In this document: piece after piece, positions 7,124-17,696 of the stretch
Layout: the number at the start of each line of letters is the position of its first letter
How positions within the stretch are numbered: position 1 is the first letter of the stretch
Assembly (NCBI GenBank): GCA_937928795.1
Contig: CALFWB010000003.1
Location: 56,971-120,970, forward strand
DNA length: 64,000 nt
Direction: 5' to 3'
Source: an uncultured Anaerolineales bacterium
GTDB lineage: Bacteria; Chloroflexota; Anaerolineae; Anaerolineales; UBA4823
Program-made: the position numbers and the translations under genes
Notes under the pieces: model-generated
The model's input: the letters and a program-made list of their open reading frames with translations, nothing else
Database searches by the model: none
Told to the model about the DNA's origin: nothing

Positions 7124-8416
7124 TTACCATAATCTCTCTTTGTGAGCAAGAAGAGGGATCAATTTTTCATCGATCTCGGACAACCGTATAGAGGATTGTT
7201 CACCTGTCCTCAGAGACTTGAGTGCGAGCATATCCGCAGAAATTTCGTCCGGACCTAGGATGATAGCATAAGGAATTTGCATTCGGTCGGCGTACTTTAG
7301 TTGCTTGTTTAGATGGACGCTATCGGGATAAGTGACGACGTTGACGCCTTTTTCTCGAAGCTGAGACGCTAGTCTCAATGAATGAGTGAAGGTTTCGGCT
7401 GAAAAAGTTGTAATGAGAACTTGAGCAGGATGGGAAAAGATGTCTGAGGGGATACAATCATACTCTTGTAAGATAAGCGAAATGACGACATCCCCCATGG
7501 CAAAACCGACTGCCGGCAAGGGGTCTCCACCGACTGCGGCGAGTAAATCGTCATAGCGTCCGCCTCCTAAGATAGACCTTCGCACCGTTCCACCGATATC
7601 TTTGGCTTCAAAAACTGTCGAGGTGTAGTAATCCAAACCGCGGATGATGTTCGGATCAAATTCGATATAATCGCTAGCTGCAGCAGTGTCCAGAGCATCA
7701 AAGATTCGGAGCAGATTTGGAGAGGACTTCCATAGTTCGGTGTTCTGTAAAAGATTAACGATGCCACTAATCTGAGATGAATTTAACCCTTCATCTTTGG
7801 CGTAATTTTCCCACTCTCGGAATTCCATTTTTTCTTTGCGATCGATTAATCGAAAGACATTTGAGCGCCTTTCTGGGGGAATTTCCAACAGGTTTAAATG
7901 GTCTTCCATCAACTTTCGGTCATTGACAAAAACCTTAACCTGTGCCGAAGACAAACCGACAGCCTTAAAGAAGGACACAATCACAGAGAGCAACTCAGCA
8001 TCGGCTTCGGGGGTGTTGAGGCCGATCAGGTCGATATTCCATTGAAAAAACTCGCGCGAACGTCCTTTTTGGGGTTTTTCGTATCTCCAGAAAGGACCAA
8101 AAGACCACCACCGCAAGGGAAAGACCAATTGTTTTTGCTTTTGAGCCACCATGCGGGCTAGAGAGGGGGTCAATTCAGGGCGCAGGGTGATTAACTCTCC
8201 GCCGCGATCTGGAAAAACAAAGGATTGCTCTTTGACTAATTCTTCCCCAGATTTCGCCGCGTAAAGGTCAATAGGTTCTAAAAACGGACCGTCATACTCT
8301 TGATAGCCATAACGCTGAGAAATCTGCTTAATCTTCTCGTATAACCATGATCGAACGGCCATGTTTTCGGGATAAAAATCCCGCGTGCCTTTGATGGCAG
8401 GAATAATCTGCTTCAT
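7124..8416 (-). CDS. hisS: Histidine--tRNA ligase
   Basis: 430 aa. N-terminus KGTRDFYPE. Class II aaRS HisRS motifs (FRYEKPQKGRSREF, GGGRYD). SD AGGAGAAG. Confidence 0.95.
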   Translation of the reverse strand: MKQIIPAIKGTRDFYPENMAVRSWLYEKIKQISQRYGYQEYDGPFLEPIDLYAAKSGEELVKEQSFVFPDRGGELITLRPELTPSLARMVAQKQKQLVFPLRWWSFGPFWRYEKPQKGRSREFFQWNIDLIGLNTPEADAELLSVIVSFFKAVGLSSAQVKVFVNDRKLMEDHLNLLEIPPERRSNVFRLIDRKEKMEFREWENYAKDEGLNSSQISGIVNLLQNTELWKSSPNLLRIFDALDTAAASDYIEFDPNIIRGLDYYTSTVFEAKDIGGTVRRSILGGGRYDDLLAAVGGDPLPAVGFAMGDVVISLILQEYDCIPSDIFSHPAQVLITTFSAETFTHSLRLASQLREKGVNVVTYPDSVHLNKQLKYADRMQIPYAIILGPDEISADMLALKSLRTGEQSSIRLSEIDEKLIPLLAHKERLW

Positions 8417-8510
8417 CTGATACTTCTCCTAATTCTGATTTGAGGTAGCCTCAGGGCCTCTGCAGCGTATGTGCTCAATCTATCCAAATTCCAAAGCAAA
8501 AGAAATTGTG

Positions 8511-10520
8511 CTAGCTAAGCATCTTGTTAAACTCTTCGATGTCTGTTGTCGGGTTTTGGCATACTCCTAAGTGACAAAAATAAGCAGTGGGTTGATGATT
8601 CACTTTGGTACGGTCTCTGAGTATGTGCGGCGCAAAGGGGGACAGGGGTAAATCCGAATGACAGACAACAATTTGGGTTCGCAGTTTTGACCATAAAACA
8701 CCTAAGAAAGGTTGTAGTTCCTGGCGCGCACCAACCAAGACGGCTTCTTTGGGCTCGGCTAGGATTGAGTCAAACAAAAGCAACCAGGAGGAAAATGACA
8801 AGGGATACTGCGATGCAAGTTCAGTTACGGACTGAAGAAAGGGAGTATAGCGATCGAGCCAATCAAGATAAGTGCCTTCGAGCACCGCAAGCTTGAATAA
8901 AGCCTGCAATGCCAGAGCATTTGCAGCAGGTGTGGAAGTATCCTGAAGCTCTTTCGGCCTCAGGATTAAGCCGCTGTGTTCCGATGAAGCATCAAAAAAT
9001 CCGCCATTGGGATCCTGAAATTTCTCAACCATTAGGTTGGCTAAGTGCTTGCTCAACTCAAACCATTCGACTTCACCGCTGACTTCATAGAGGGATAGCA
9101 AACCGACAATTGCAGCGGCATAATCTTCTAACAAGGCTGGAGTTGAAACCGTCTCGCCGCGTTTTATACGGAATAAGGCGTTATCCTTGACATACCAATC
9201 CCGAATGGCACTGGCTAAAGACATAGCAGGTTCGATAAACTTTTGAAAGTTCAGGTATTTACTTGCCTCGGCAAAGAAACGCAAGAGTAAACCATTCCAA
9301 CTCAAGATGCACTTATCATCAATATTTGGTCGAACTCTGCTTGAGCGGAGATGGCGAAGTTTAGCGTAAATGATTGCCCGTGAAGGGTTGTCGCGATTTA
9401 AGTCGATCCCCTCTATCGGTTGAAAAACCATCCAAGCAGGATTTGACTCTAGGGGGGAGAGATGATGCGTCATTGAAAAGAGCTCGTATTCTTCAGGGGT
9501 TAGAGTCCTGCGTAGCTCCTCTAAGGTAAAGGTGTAGTATTTTCCCTCCTCACCCTCCGAGTCTGCATCCATGCTTGAGTAAAATAGCCCGCTGGAGTCC
9601 TGCATGTTCTGTAGCAGGAACTCTACAGTCTGTTCGACCACGTTCTTGAAACCCTCATTTTTGGTCACAAGAGTTGCGTATAGATATACAGTAGCAAGTT
9701 GAGCGTTATCATATAGCATCTTTTCAAAGTGAGGGATCATCCAGCGCTGATCGGTGCTGTAGCGACAAAATCCCCCTTCTAAGAGGTCGTACATGCCACC
9801 AAGCGACATTTTTTCTAGGGCGTGCTCGATGAGTTCTTTCACCCGGGTAAGGGTAGGATTTTGAGCTAGGCGGTGGATGAGGAATTCTAAGGCAATGGGT
9901 TGGGGAAACTTGGGCGCTTTTCCCCAGCCACCGTATTGCCAATCGTAGGATTGGATCAAGCGGGTTGTCGCTCTCTCTAGGTGTTCAGGTTCAAAGGGGC
10001 GCGGTTGAGAACGACTTTGGAACTGTTGCCTTAGGGCATTGTAAATTTGCTCGGTTGCTTCCTCAATCTGCTCCCGTTTTGTTGTCCATGCCTCGTGAAT
10101 AGCCCTAAGCACATCGATAAAGGCCGGCAAGCGATGCCGGGGTACGGGTGGGTAATACGTTCCACCAAAGAAGGGCTTACCTTCCGGGGTGAGAAAAACG
10201 GATAAGGGCCAACCGCCATGTCCAGTTAGGGCAACCACAGCGCTCATGTAAATTGCGTCAACGTCAGGTCTCTCTTCCCGATCAACCTTAATGGACACAA
10301 AATGCTGATTAAGATACTCGGCGATACGCTCGTCCTCAAATGATTCATGTGCCATCACATGGCACCAATGGCATGAAGCATAGCCGATGCTCAGAAATAT
10401 GGGCTTATCTTCCCGCTGAGCTTTCTCAAAGGCTTCATTGCCCCAAGGGTACCAATCCACCGGATTGTGGGCATGTTGGAGGAGATAAGGAGAATTGGAG
10501 GAGATGAGATGGTTCGTCAT
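8511..10520 (-). CDS. Thioredoxin-domain protein (DUF255 / YyaL-type, with six-hairpin glycosidase-like C-terminal region)
   Basis: 669 aa. Contains [18 protein letters not shown] and [13 protein letters not shown]. Abuts the scpA stop. Confidence 0.85.
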   Translation of the reverse strand: MTNHLISSNSPYLLQHAHNPVDWYPWGNEAFEKAQREDKPIFLSIGYASCHWCHVMAHESFEDERIAEYLNQHFVSIKVDREERPDVDAIYMSAVVALTGHGGWPLSVFLTPEGKPFFGGTYYPPVPRHRLPAFIDVLRAIHEAWTTKREQIEEATEQIYNALRQQFQSRSQPRPFEPEHLERATTRLIQSYDWQYGGWGKAPKFPQPIALEFLIHRLAQNPTLTRVKELIEHALEKMSLGGMYDLLEGGFCRYSTDQRWMIPHFEKMLYDNAQLATVYLYATLVTKNEGFKNVVEQTVEFLLQNMQDSSGLFYSSMDADSEGEEGKYYTFTLEELRRTLTPEEYELFSMTHHLSPLESNPAWMVFQPIEGIDLNRDNPSRAIIYAKLRHLRSSRVRPNIDDKCILSWNGLLLRFFAEASKYLNFQKFIEPAMSLASAIRDWYVKDNALFRIKRGETVSTPALLEDYAAAIVGLLSLYEVSGEVEWFELSKHLANLMVEKFQDPNGGFFDASSEHSGLILRPKELQDTSTPAANALALQALFKLAVLEGTYLDWLDRYTPFLQSVTELASQYPLSFSSWLLLFDSILAEPKEAVLVGARQELQPFLGVLWSKLRTQIVVCHSDLPLSPFAPHILRDRTKVNHQPTAYFCHLGVCQNPTTDIEEFNKMLS

Positions 10521-11324
10521 TTAGTCTTCAAACTCACTTTCCACGATCAGATCACTTTCAAAGGCTTCAGGAGTAGGCAAAATTTCGATGTCATCAAAGA
10601 GATCAGCTTGGTAAATTTCAACTTGTCTTTGTTTGATTAATTCCAGTAAGGCTAAAAATACGGTGATGACTTCGCTGCGAGAACGAAGCGGAGCGGTCAA
10701 GGTCCGAAAAGAGGTTTGCCCGTGATGCTTGATGAACGTCAATATCTGAGAGATTTTTTCTCTAATCGAGTACTGAGGCTTGATGACGGCGCGATGGAGG
10801 TCTGGAGAGAGCAAAGCATTCCGAAATACGTTTTGGGCAGCCAATAGAAAGGCTTGTAAATCGAGGTCACTCAGATCAACAGGACTTTCGACCTTTGGCG
10901 GCGGAGCGAGCCGCAAATAGGTTCTTAGCCCTTCAGCTTCTCTTTCTGCAAGGAAGGCGGCAATCTTGCGAAATTGTTTATATTCCTTCAGTTGCCTAAC
11001 CAGCTCTTCTCCAATCTCCTCCTCGGACTCCTCTGTTGCGGTTATTTTTGGTAGGAGCATCTCTGACTTGATATAGAGCAATTTTGTGGCAACAACGATG
11101 AAATAAGAGATCTCTTCGGTCTCAAGATGGGTTAGAGTTTGGAGATGAGCAAGAAATTGATCGGTGACTTGCGCTAGGGATAATTGAGTAATGTCTAGCT
11201 CCGCTTTTTCAATTAATTGGAGCAATAAATCTAAAGGCCCCTGATAAAGCGGAGTTTGTACTTGATAGTGAACCGCATATTTCGTAAAAAATCCGATGGA
11301 CATTGGCAAAATTATACCTGACAT
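10521..11324 (-). CDS. scpA: Segregation and condensation protein A
   Basis: 267 aa. Contains GPLDLLLQLIEKAELDITQLSLAQVTDQF. The start is uncertain (alternative ATG at 11303). Confidence 0.85.
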   Translation of the reverse strand: MSGIILPMSIGFFTKYAVHYQVQTPLYQGPLDLLLQLIEKAELDITQLSLAQVTDQFLAHLQTLTHLETEEISYFIVVATKLLYIKSEMLLPKITATEESEEEIGEELVRQLKEYKQFRKIAAFLAEREAEGLRTYLRLAPPPKVESPVDLSDLDLQAFLLAAQNVFRNALLSPDLHRAVIKPQYSIREKISQILTFIKHHGQTSFRTLTAPLRSRSEVITVFLALLELIKQRQVEIYQADLFDDIEILPTPEAFESDLIVESEFED

Positions 11325-11376
11325 TTCGTGGCGTTCATGCTATACTTGAATCGAAATAATTACGGGAGAAGAGTGT

Positions 11377-11721
11377 ATGATTGATGAGCCTATTCACGTA
11401 ACGGATGCTGCCTTTGAAAAAACGGTAATGCAATCCCCGGTTCCTGTCATTGTTGATTTTTGGGCACCTTGGTGTGGACCTTGCAAAATGGTAGCGCCCA
11501 TCCTTGACAAACTGGCAAAGGAATTGTCAGGAAAAGTGATTATTGCTAAAGTTAATACCGATGAAAACCCAGAATGGGCGATGAAATTCGGGGTCCAGGG
11601 TATTCCAACGATGTTATTTATCCACAATGGAAAAGTACTCCATCGTCAGGTTGGAGCACTGCCCGAGCCACTCTTAAGAGACGTGGTCAATGAATTTTTG
11701 AATGTTGTAAAAACGACTTAG
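11377..11721 (+). CDS. trxA: Thioredoxin
   Basis: 114 aa with the WAPWCGPCK active site. Confidence 0.95.
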   Translation: MIDEPIHVTDAAFEKTVMQSPVPVIVDFWAPWCGPCKMVAPILDKLAKELSGKVIIAKVNTDENPEWAMKFGVQGIPTMLFIHNGKVLHRQVGALPEPLLRDVVNEFLNVVKTT

Positions 11722-11743
11722 GGCTAGACCAGCAACCTGTCGA

Positions 11744-13033
11744 TCAGTTACTAGCTCGCTCAATCCGCGCCCCCAAGGCGCGGAGTTTTTCATCTACCTT
11801 TTCGTAGCCGCGATCAATTTGACCAATGTTGCGGATCACCGACTCCCCTTCAGCCGCTAGGGCAGCAATGACTAAAGCCATTCCAGCGCGAATATCTGGG
11901 CTTTCTAAGTTTTCGCCGAACAACTGAGTGGGACCTTGGACAATACAGCGGTGCGGGTCGCAGAGGACAATTTGAGCACCCATATTGACCAGCTTATCAA
12001 TGAAAAACATCCTTGAAGGGTACATCCAATCATGGAAGAGAACACTTCCTTTGGCTTGGGTAGCGATGACAATGGCAATGCTCATCAAATCTGTGGGGAA
12101 GGCCGGCCAAGGCATAACGCTGATTTCCGGTATGGCGTCCCCAAGATCGGGGTGAACTTCCAACCGCTGCTGCGGTGGTACGACAACGTCATTTCCCTCT
12201 ACGATCCATTCTACTCCTAGCCGACCTAGAACGATGGCGATCATATCTAAGTGCTGCGGGCCTGCTTCGATAATCCGAATTGAACCTTTGGTAACAATCG
12301 AAGCACCAATGAAACTGACTACTTCCAGATAATCCGGGCCGATTGTAAATTCACCTCCCTTGAGTTTTTCCACGCCTTCAATGATGAGGGTATTGGAGCC
12401 GATATTCGAGATTTTTGCTCCGAGGAGGTTGAGAAAATGGCAAAGCTCCTGAACATGGGGTTCCGATGCTGCGTTGCGGATAATTGTAGTCCCGGAAGCG
12501 GTTACTGCAGCCATGATGGCATTCTCTGTAGCTGTCACACTCGCTTCATCCAGTAAGATATTACTGCCTTGTAATTTATTGGTTTTGAAGAAAAAGCGTT
12601 TTTGAGCGCGATCGTAATCGGTTGTCGCTCCGAGAGCGTTGAGGGCAAGGAGATGAGTATCCACGCGACGCCTGCCAATCACATCCCCACCCGGTGGGGG
12701 CAAGGAAATTTCGCCGCAGCGGGACAAGATCGGACCGGCAAGCAGAATGGAAGCGCGAATGCTGCGGCAAATTTCTGGGTCCAGGTCTTGGACATGAACT
12801 TGCTTGGCGTGAATCCTCCACGAATGATGGTCAATTTGGGTGATGGAAACCCCTAAACTTTCCAACAATTTGCGCATTGCCTCTACATCGCGAATTTGGG
12901 GGACATTATGTAAGATCACCGGTTCGTCGGTTAATGTTGTCGCAGCCAGTAACGGGAGAGCGCTGTTTTTGTTGCCCGATGGCTTTACCGTTCCGGATAG
13001 TGGGATGCCTCCCTGAATGATAAATTTTTCCAT
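11744..13033 (-). CDS. murA: UDP-N-acetylglucosamine 1-carboxyvinyltransferase
   Basis: 429 aa. EPSP-synthase fold with MurA-type N-terminus (IQGG..LSGTV..SGNKNSALP). SD AAGGAG. Confidence 0.95.
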   Translation of the reverse strand: MEKFIIQGGIPLSGTVKPSGNKNSALPLLAATTLTDEPVILHNVPQIRDVEAMRKLLESLGVSITQIDHHSWRIHAKQVHVQDLDPEICRSIRASILLAGPILSRCGEISLPPPGGDVIGRRRVDTHLLALNALGATTDYDRAQKRFFFKTNKLQGSNILLDEASVTATENAIMAAVTASGTTIIRNAASEPHVQELCHFLNLLGAKISNIGSNTLIIEGVEKLKGGEFTIGPDYLEVVSFIGASIVTKGSIRIIEAGPQHLDMIAIVLGRLGVEWIVEGNDVVVPPQQRLEVHPDLGDAIPEISVMPWPAFPTDLMSIAIVIATQAKGSVLFHDWMYPSRMFFIDKLVNMGAQIVLCDPHRCIVQGPTQLFGENLESPDIRAGMALVIAALAAEGESVIRNIGQIDRGYEKVDEKLRALGARIERASN

Positions 13034-13110
13034 GATCGGTTCGTTAGCTCCTTAATATTTTGTAAGGTATTTTCCTCACACTCTGCCTGCGGGCTAATTA
13101 TAATGGGTCT

Positions 13111-13851
13111 ATGTCGATTTATCTGAATAGTCTGCTTCTCGGACTAGTCGGTGGCTTCTTGATCAACTACCTTTCGGACTGTTTGCCTCAGAAGCGCAGA
13201 CCAACCAGACCGCTTTGTAACCAATGTGGACAGAGCTTACCTTTGCTTGCCTACCTCACCCTTCAGCAATGTGCTCATTGTGGAGAGCGCCGCCGATGGC
13301 GGTATCTCATCCTCTATTTCGCCAGTATTTTTGTGGTTTATTGGAATCAAATTTATCCGGTGCGTTTGGACTTTTGGCTTTCCTTATTGGTCTTCATCAT
13401 CTTTGGTGTTATCACAGTCATCGATATTGAATATCGAGTTGTGTTATTTGAGACCGTGATTCTAGGCGGTGTCATTTTCCTGCTCATTGGTGTCGCTCGA
13501 CACGGCCTTCTTTCAACTGTTTTGGGTGGAGGGATAGGTTTTTTAGTTATGTTTGTTCTCTATTGGCTTGGAAAACTCATCCTCAGGCTCAAAAACAAAA
13601 CCTCCTCAACACTCGATGAGGAGGCGTTGGGGTTTGGAGATGTTAATTTATTGACAATCTTGGGCTTCTTACTCGGTATGCCGGCGATCTTGGTAGCTCT
13701 ATGGATTGCGATCGTTTCGGCCGGCATTTTCAGTTTAGCGGTTATCTTCCGACTGCTGCTCCTGAAACAGTACCGTTCCAATGTGGCGATACCGTATGCT
13801 CCCTTTCTGATTTTTGGCGCTTTTGCTCTCTTATACTTGGTGCGCCCCTAA
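13111..13851 (+). CDS. Prepilin (type IV leader) peptidase, A24 family
   Basis: 246 aa, polytopic. N-terminal CxxC...CxxC. Catalytic-Asp contexts (ITVIDIEY, GFGDVNLL). Confidence 0.8.
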   Translation: MSIYLNSLLLGLVGGFLINYLSDCLPQKRRPTRPLCNQCGQSLPLLAYLTLQQCAHCGERRRWRYLILYFASIFVVYWNQIYPVRLDFWLSLLVFIIFGVITVIDIEYRVVLFETVILGGVIFLLIGVARHGLLSTVLGGGIGFLVMFVLYWLGKLILRLKNKTSSTLDEEALGFGDVNLLTILGFLLGMPAILVALWIAIVSAGIFSLAVIFRLLLLKQYRSNVAIPYAPFLIFGAFALLYLVRP

Positions 13852-13854
13852 TAC

Positions 13855-14781
13855 TTAAGCAGGGCTGCCACTAGAGCGGGGCTTGAATAGGCGTTGCCAC
13901 TCCCGATTCTCCCAGACCACTAGAATTGGGGCAGCGATAAAGATTGAGGAGTACGTCCCCATAAACAAACCGATCAAGAGGATAGTCGAGAATTCCCGCA
14001 AAGTAACCCCACCAAATAGAGCTAAAGCCAGTAGCATGAACTCAACCGTCATTAATTGCGTGTTAATGGAACGCTGCAGAGTCTGAACAATGGAGTGATT
14101 GACCAAAGTCTCAAAGGGCAGTCTCTTGAGAATAGCACTATTCTCGCGAATGCGGTCAAAAACGACAATTTTGTCTTGCACAGAGAAGCCAATCACGGTA
14201 AGCAGAGCCGTCAGGGTGAGCGAGTCAAATTGCCAGCCAAAGAACCTTCCTCCGATAGCAACAATGCTAATCACCACCGCAACATCATGAACCATAGCGA
14301 TAATGGCGCATAATCCGTAGCGGAAGGCGTGTTCAACGCCTCGGAAAGCAAAGGTGATGTAGAGGATAACTGCTAAGGCAGCCACAGCTAGGGCGATGAT
14401 AGCCCGTTGCGTTACCTGTTGTCCGATTGTGGGTCCAACACTATCAAAGCGGAGAACGGTAATTTTGTCCTGAAATCCTTCCTCCATGGATTTTAGTAAA
14501 TTTGCTTGGGTTGTCTCATCGAGAAAACTAGTCTTGGCAATGATCGTTTGCTGTTCGGTTGTCAGCACTTGGACATCCTTAATGCCCAAGTCGGTAAAGA
14601 GAACTACGACCTCTGCTGGGGGTGGCGGTTGACGGTTGTCAAATTTGAACTCTAAATAAGAGCCGCCAGTGAAGTCAATGGCAAGGGGCAGCTTCCAAAT
14701 CCCAAGCACAATCATACCCGGCAGGATGATCAGCAGAGAAAGGATAAAAAAGAAATAGCGTTTTCCCAGAATGTTAATCAT
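13855..14781 (-). CDS. secF: Protein translocase subunit SecF
   Basis: I trimmed the track ORF (13855-15030) to ATG 14781 (MINILGKRYFFF...), 11 nt after the secD stop. The upstream extension overlaps secD. Confidence 0.85.
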   Translation of the reverse strand: MINILGKRYFFFILSLLIILPGMIVLGIWKLPLAIDFTGGSYLEFKFDNRQPPPPAEVVVLFTDLGIKDVQVLTTEQQTIIAKTSFLDETTQANLLKSMEEGFQDKITVLRFDSVGPTIGQQVTQRAIIALAVAALAVILYITFAFRGVEHAFRYGLCAIIAMVHDVAVVISIVAIGGRFFGWQFDSLTLTALLTVIGFSVQDKIVVFDRIRENSAILKRLPFETLVNHSIVQTLQRSINTQLMTVEFMLLALALFGGVTLREFSTILLIGLFMGTYSSIFIAAPILVVWENREWQRLFKPRSSGSPA

Positions 14782-14792
14782 TTTTGCACCTT

Positions 14793-16154
14793 TTATAAGC
14801 CAAACCACTTCGAATAGTTTGAAGGTTGGAAATAGGTAAAGACGATGGTTAGGAAAGTTCGGGTAACGACGATTGCCGAGAACAAGCTCACGAAAACACC
14901 GATGAGGAGGGTCAAGGAAAAGCCCTTGACGATGGTTGCCCCAAAGGTGCTGCCAAACCAAAAGAGAATTAAGCTGGTGAGGATGGTGGCAATGTTTGAA
15001 TCCCGAATAGAAGGCCAAGCTCTTTTCCATCCGAGATCGACCGCTAAGCCTAATTTTCGACCACTGCGCAGCTCCTCCTTAAGTCGCTCAAAGATCAGGA
15101 TATTGGCGTCCAAGGCTGAGCCGGTACTGAGCAAAAAGCCAGCAATGCCGGGCAGGGTGAGCGTTACCGGAATGGTACGAAAGATGGCAAAGGTGATCAC
15201 GGCATAGGTGAGAATTGCCGAGATGGCAACCGCTCCCGGCAGACGATAATACAATATCATAAACAGGATGACAATGGTGAAGCCAATTGCGCCTGCAACT
15301 AAGCTTTTCCGCAGCGAATCTTCACCTAGGGTTGGTCCAATAGTGCGCGTTTCGGCAACTTTAAGCGGAACAGGAAGAGAACCATAACGGAGTTGGACGG
15401 TTAGCGCATTAGCGCTTTCTACAGTGAAGTTGCCCTCAATGATACCTTCACCGGTCTCAATCGGTTCCCGAATCCGTGGGGCTGAGATAACTTTTTTATC
15501 CAAAACAATCGCAAGAATTTTGCCTTGATTTTTCCTGGTGTAATCGGCAAATATTTTCGTTCCTTCGGAGGTCAAGCGAAATGAAACGACAGGCTGTCCC
15601 AATTGGTTGGTTGTGGTTTGCACAGAATCCAACATTGAGCCAGTCATAATGGTATGAAAAACCGTCTCGGTCAATGTTTCAGTGGCTGTGATTGGGGTTG
15701 TCGTTATCCCACCCAGACTTTGCTCCAGATCGGTTCGTATGGTTTGATCAACAAGAGAAAAAGCTTCTTCGTCGCTTAGCTGCGACATATCGACAAATTC
15801 TAATACGCCTGTTTGCTTGATCGCATTGATGCTTTCGGTTGCATCTTTGACTGCCGGCAATTCGACATTAATAAAGCGGTTGCCGGCAATTTGGACGACA
15901 GCTTCTGCCACCCCTAAGCCGTTAACGCGGCTTTCAACAATTTGGCTAGCTTTTACGAGGAGTTCTCGGTCGGGGATTGCCTCATCCGGTAAGTCCACTT
16001 GCAGGACAATTTGCTGCCCTCCCACCAAATCCAAGCCAAGCTTAGTCATAATGTTTCGCCCCAAAAATGAAACGGTGGTTGGGAGCACAAGGTAGATTGA
16101 GAGGATTAGAATGAGAAAAATGAGGATAAGCGATAGGGTTGTGTTTTTGGTCAT
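14793..16154 (-). CDS. secD: Protein translocase subunit SecD
   Basis: SecD-type periplasmic domain plus a 6-TM C-terminus. Start moved to ATG 16154 (MTKNTTLSL...), which has GGAGG 7 nt upstream. Confidence 0.85.
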   Translation of the reverse strand: MTKNTTLSLILIFLILILSIYLVLPTTVSFLGRNIMTKLGLDLVGGQQIVLQVDLPDEAIPDRELLVKASQIVESRVNGLGVAEAVVQIAGNRFINVELPAVKDATESINAIKQTGVLEFVDMSQLSDEEAFSLVDQTIRTDLEQSLGGITTTPITATETLTETVFHTIMTGSMLDSVQTTTNQLGQPVVSFRLTSEGTKIFADYTRKNQGKILAIVLDKKVISAPRIREPIETGEGIIEGNFTVESANALTVQLRYGSLPVPLKVAETRTIGPTLGEDSLRKSLVAGAIGFTIVILFMILYYRLPGAVAISAILTYAVITFAIFRTIPVTLTLPGIAGFLLSTGSALDANILIFERLKEELRSGRKLGLAVDLGWKRAWPSIRDSNIATILTSLILFWFGSTFGATIVKGFSLTLLIGVFVSLFSAIVVTRTFLTIVFTYFQPSNYSKWFGL

Positions 16155-16252
16155 GTATTTAGGACCTCCAGATTCAAACAAATGCCAGCCATTGCCCGCT
16201 TGCGCCTCTGGCTGGCTAGCAGGGCGATTATAATCCTTTTTCCTTTTTGCGT

Positions 16253-16609
16253 CTATCTTTTGCGAGGGAAGTTTTCGATAAAGTGAACAACTTTTTGCAA
16301 AACCTCCTCCTCGGTTAACGGATTGGTATCAATCACAAGATCGGCGTGGGCACGGGCATGAGACAACCGTTGTAATTGTGCCTCATATTCTTCATATGTC
16401 CAGTTAAGTCGCTTGCGTCTTAAGGTGTTCGGATAGCTTACATCCAGATAAATGAGGATATCCGGATTGGTGATTCTTTTCCACATCGATGGAACGTAAG
16501 AGTGTTCTTGAGCAATATGTCGAACGGTAAAGCCTAAACCTCTCAATTTGCCAACTAAAGTCGTCTTTCCAGCAGCGCAGGGTCCAACAACGCCGATGCA
16601 AAGGCTCAT
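16253..16609 (-). CDS. Small P-loop NTPase / kinase-like protein
   Basis: Walker A GPCAAGKTTL near the N-terminus. The ATG at 16609 is preferred over the TTG at 16621. Third gene of a tight triad. Confidence 0.6.
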   Translation of the reverse strand: MSLCIGVVGPCAAGKTTLVGKLRGLGFTVRHIAQEHSYVPSMWKRITNPDILIYLDVSYPNTLRRKRLNWTYEEYEAQLQRLSHARAHADLVIDTNPLTEEEVLQKVVHFIENFPRKR

Positions 16610-16627
16610 GGTTTCCTTCAAAAACGA

Positions 16628-17338
16628 TCAATCCCGATTGATCGGCAAGCGGACTAACATACGTCGCGTCTGATCCCCATGATAAGGGAAAACTTTGATT
16701 ACGACAATACTAATATCGTCGGTGGGTTTGCCTTTGTCCTGTAAAACGGCTTGTTCGAGAAGATTATCGGCGATTATCTGAGGTGGAGCATCCGTTTTAT
16801 TCCCATATTGTTCTAAAACGGAAAACAGATCAATGACATTTCCATTCCTTGAACCGGCGTGGAGAAGCCCATCTGAAAAAACAATTGCACATAACCCAGC
16901 CGCTAAACGTACCTCAACAATCACCGGACGAGTATCCCGATAGATGCCGACCGGCTGGCTTTGCTCATCGAAAACCCGCATTTGACAGTTGTCGAATAAG
17001 ACAACTGGAGCTGGATTATTGCGCGTGATCACCAGTGTTTTTGTGACGAGGTCAACAGAGCAAATATTGAGTGTAGCAGATACTTTCCCGTTGCGGTGGG
17101 TATAAAGATAATCAGAAGCTGCTCGCGCTGCCGCGCCATCTCTAACCCCCTCGGCAAGCAGAGCGATCACTTTACGGACCACTAAATTTGAAACAGACTT
17201 TGCCCCACGTCCAGAAGTCTGCCCATCCGATAACACAACGGAGATGCCGCCTTGAGGGCGCTCGATGACTTCCACTGTATCGCCGCTTTCAGCAGTTCCA
17301 AATTTTGGGATTTTTGAGACGGCTATTTGGACTTCCAT
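16628..17338 (-). CDS. PP2C / SpoIIE-family protein phosphatase-like protein
   Basis: 236 aa. Contains ESGDTVEV...VLSDGQTSGRGA, FSDGLLHAG and DDISIVVIKV, the pattern typical of SpoIIE-like PP2C domains. Confidence 0.65.
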   Translation of the reverse strand: MEVQIAVSKIPKFGTAESGDTVEVIERPQGGISVVLSDGQTSGRGAKSVSNLVVRKVIALLAEGVRDGAAARAASDYLYTHRNGKVSATLNICSVDLVTKTLVITRNNPAPVVLFDNCQMRVFDEQSQPVGIYRDTRPVIVEVRLAAGLCAIVFSDGLLHAGSRNGNVIDLFSVLEQYGNKTDAPPQIIADNLLEQAVLQDKGKPTDDISIVVIKVFPYHGDQTRRMLVRLPINRD

Positions 17339-17353
17339 GCGCTTAGAGATATA

Positions 17354-17587
17354 CTAGTTGTCTTTGAGGAATTCAACTTTAATCCCCTGTTGTTGCAACC
17401 ATTGGATTGCTTCTTCGATTACATGGGTATTGCCACTCAGTTGAATTTCAATCCATCCATCGCGGCTGTCAATTTGGGCGCGTAGGATATTGACTGTAAT
17501 GTCAAACTCCTTAATCAATTGATTGATCACCGGTACGCGAAGCAGACTTGGCGGATAAATCAGTCTAACGGTTTGATTTTCAATCAT
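17354..17587 (-). CDS. NIL-domain protein (stand-alone)
   Basis: Start set at ATG 17587 (MIENQTVRL...) with GGAGG upstream. VPVINQLIKEFDITVNILRAQI...GWIEIQLSG resembles the MetN C-terminal NIL fold. Confidence 0.65.
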   Translation of the reverse strand: MIENQTVRLIYPPSLLRVPVINQLIKEFDITVNILRAQIDSRDGWIEIQLSGNTHVIEEAIQWLQQQGIKVEFLKDN

Positions 17588-17696
17588 AATGCCTCCGCAA
17601 AATTCGTAAAAAAACGGAAACACCCGTCATCGAGAAGGGTCAAGCTCACTTGAACAGAGCCCTTGTTAAGACTATTAACAACATTCTAGCACAAAG

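Noticed and set aside
13855-15030. The 391-aa track ORF for SecF, with an N-terminal 83-aa extension.
   Set aside because: The extension overlaps the secD 3' end in another frame and has a non-protein-like composition. The ATG at 14781 gives a normal SecF N-terminus.
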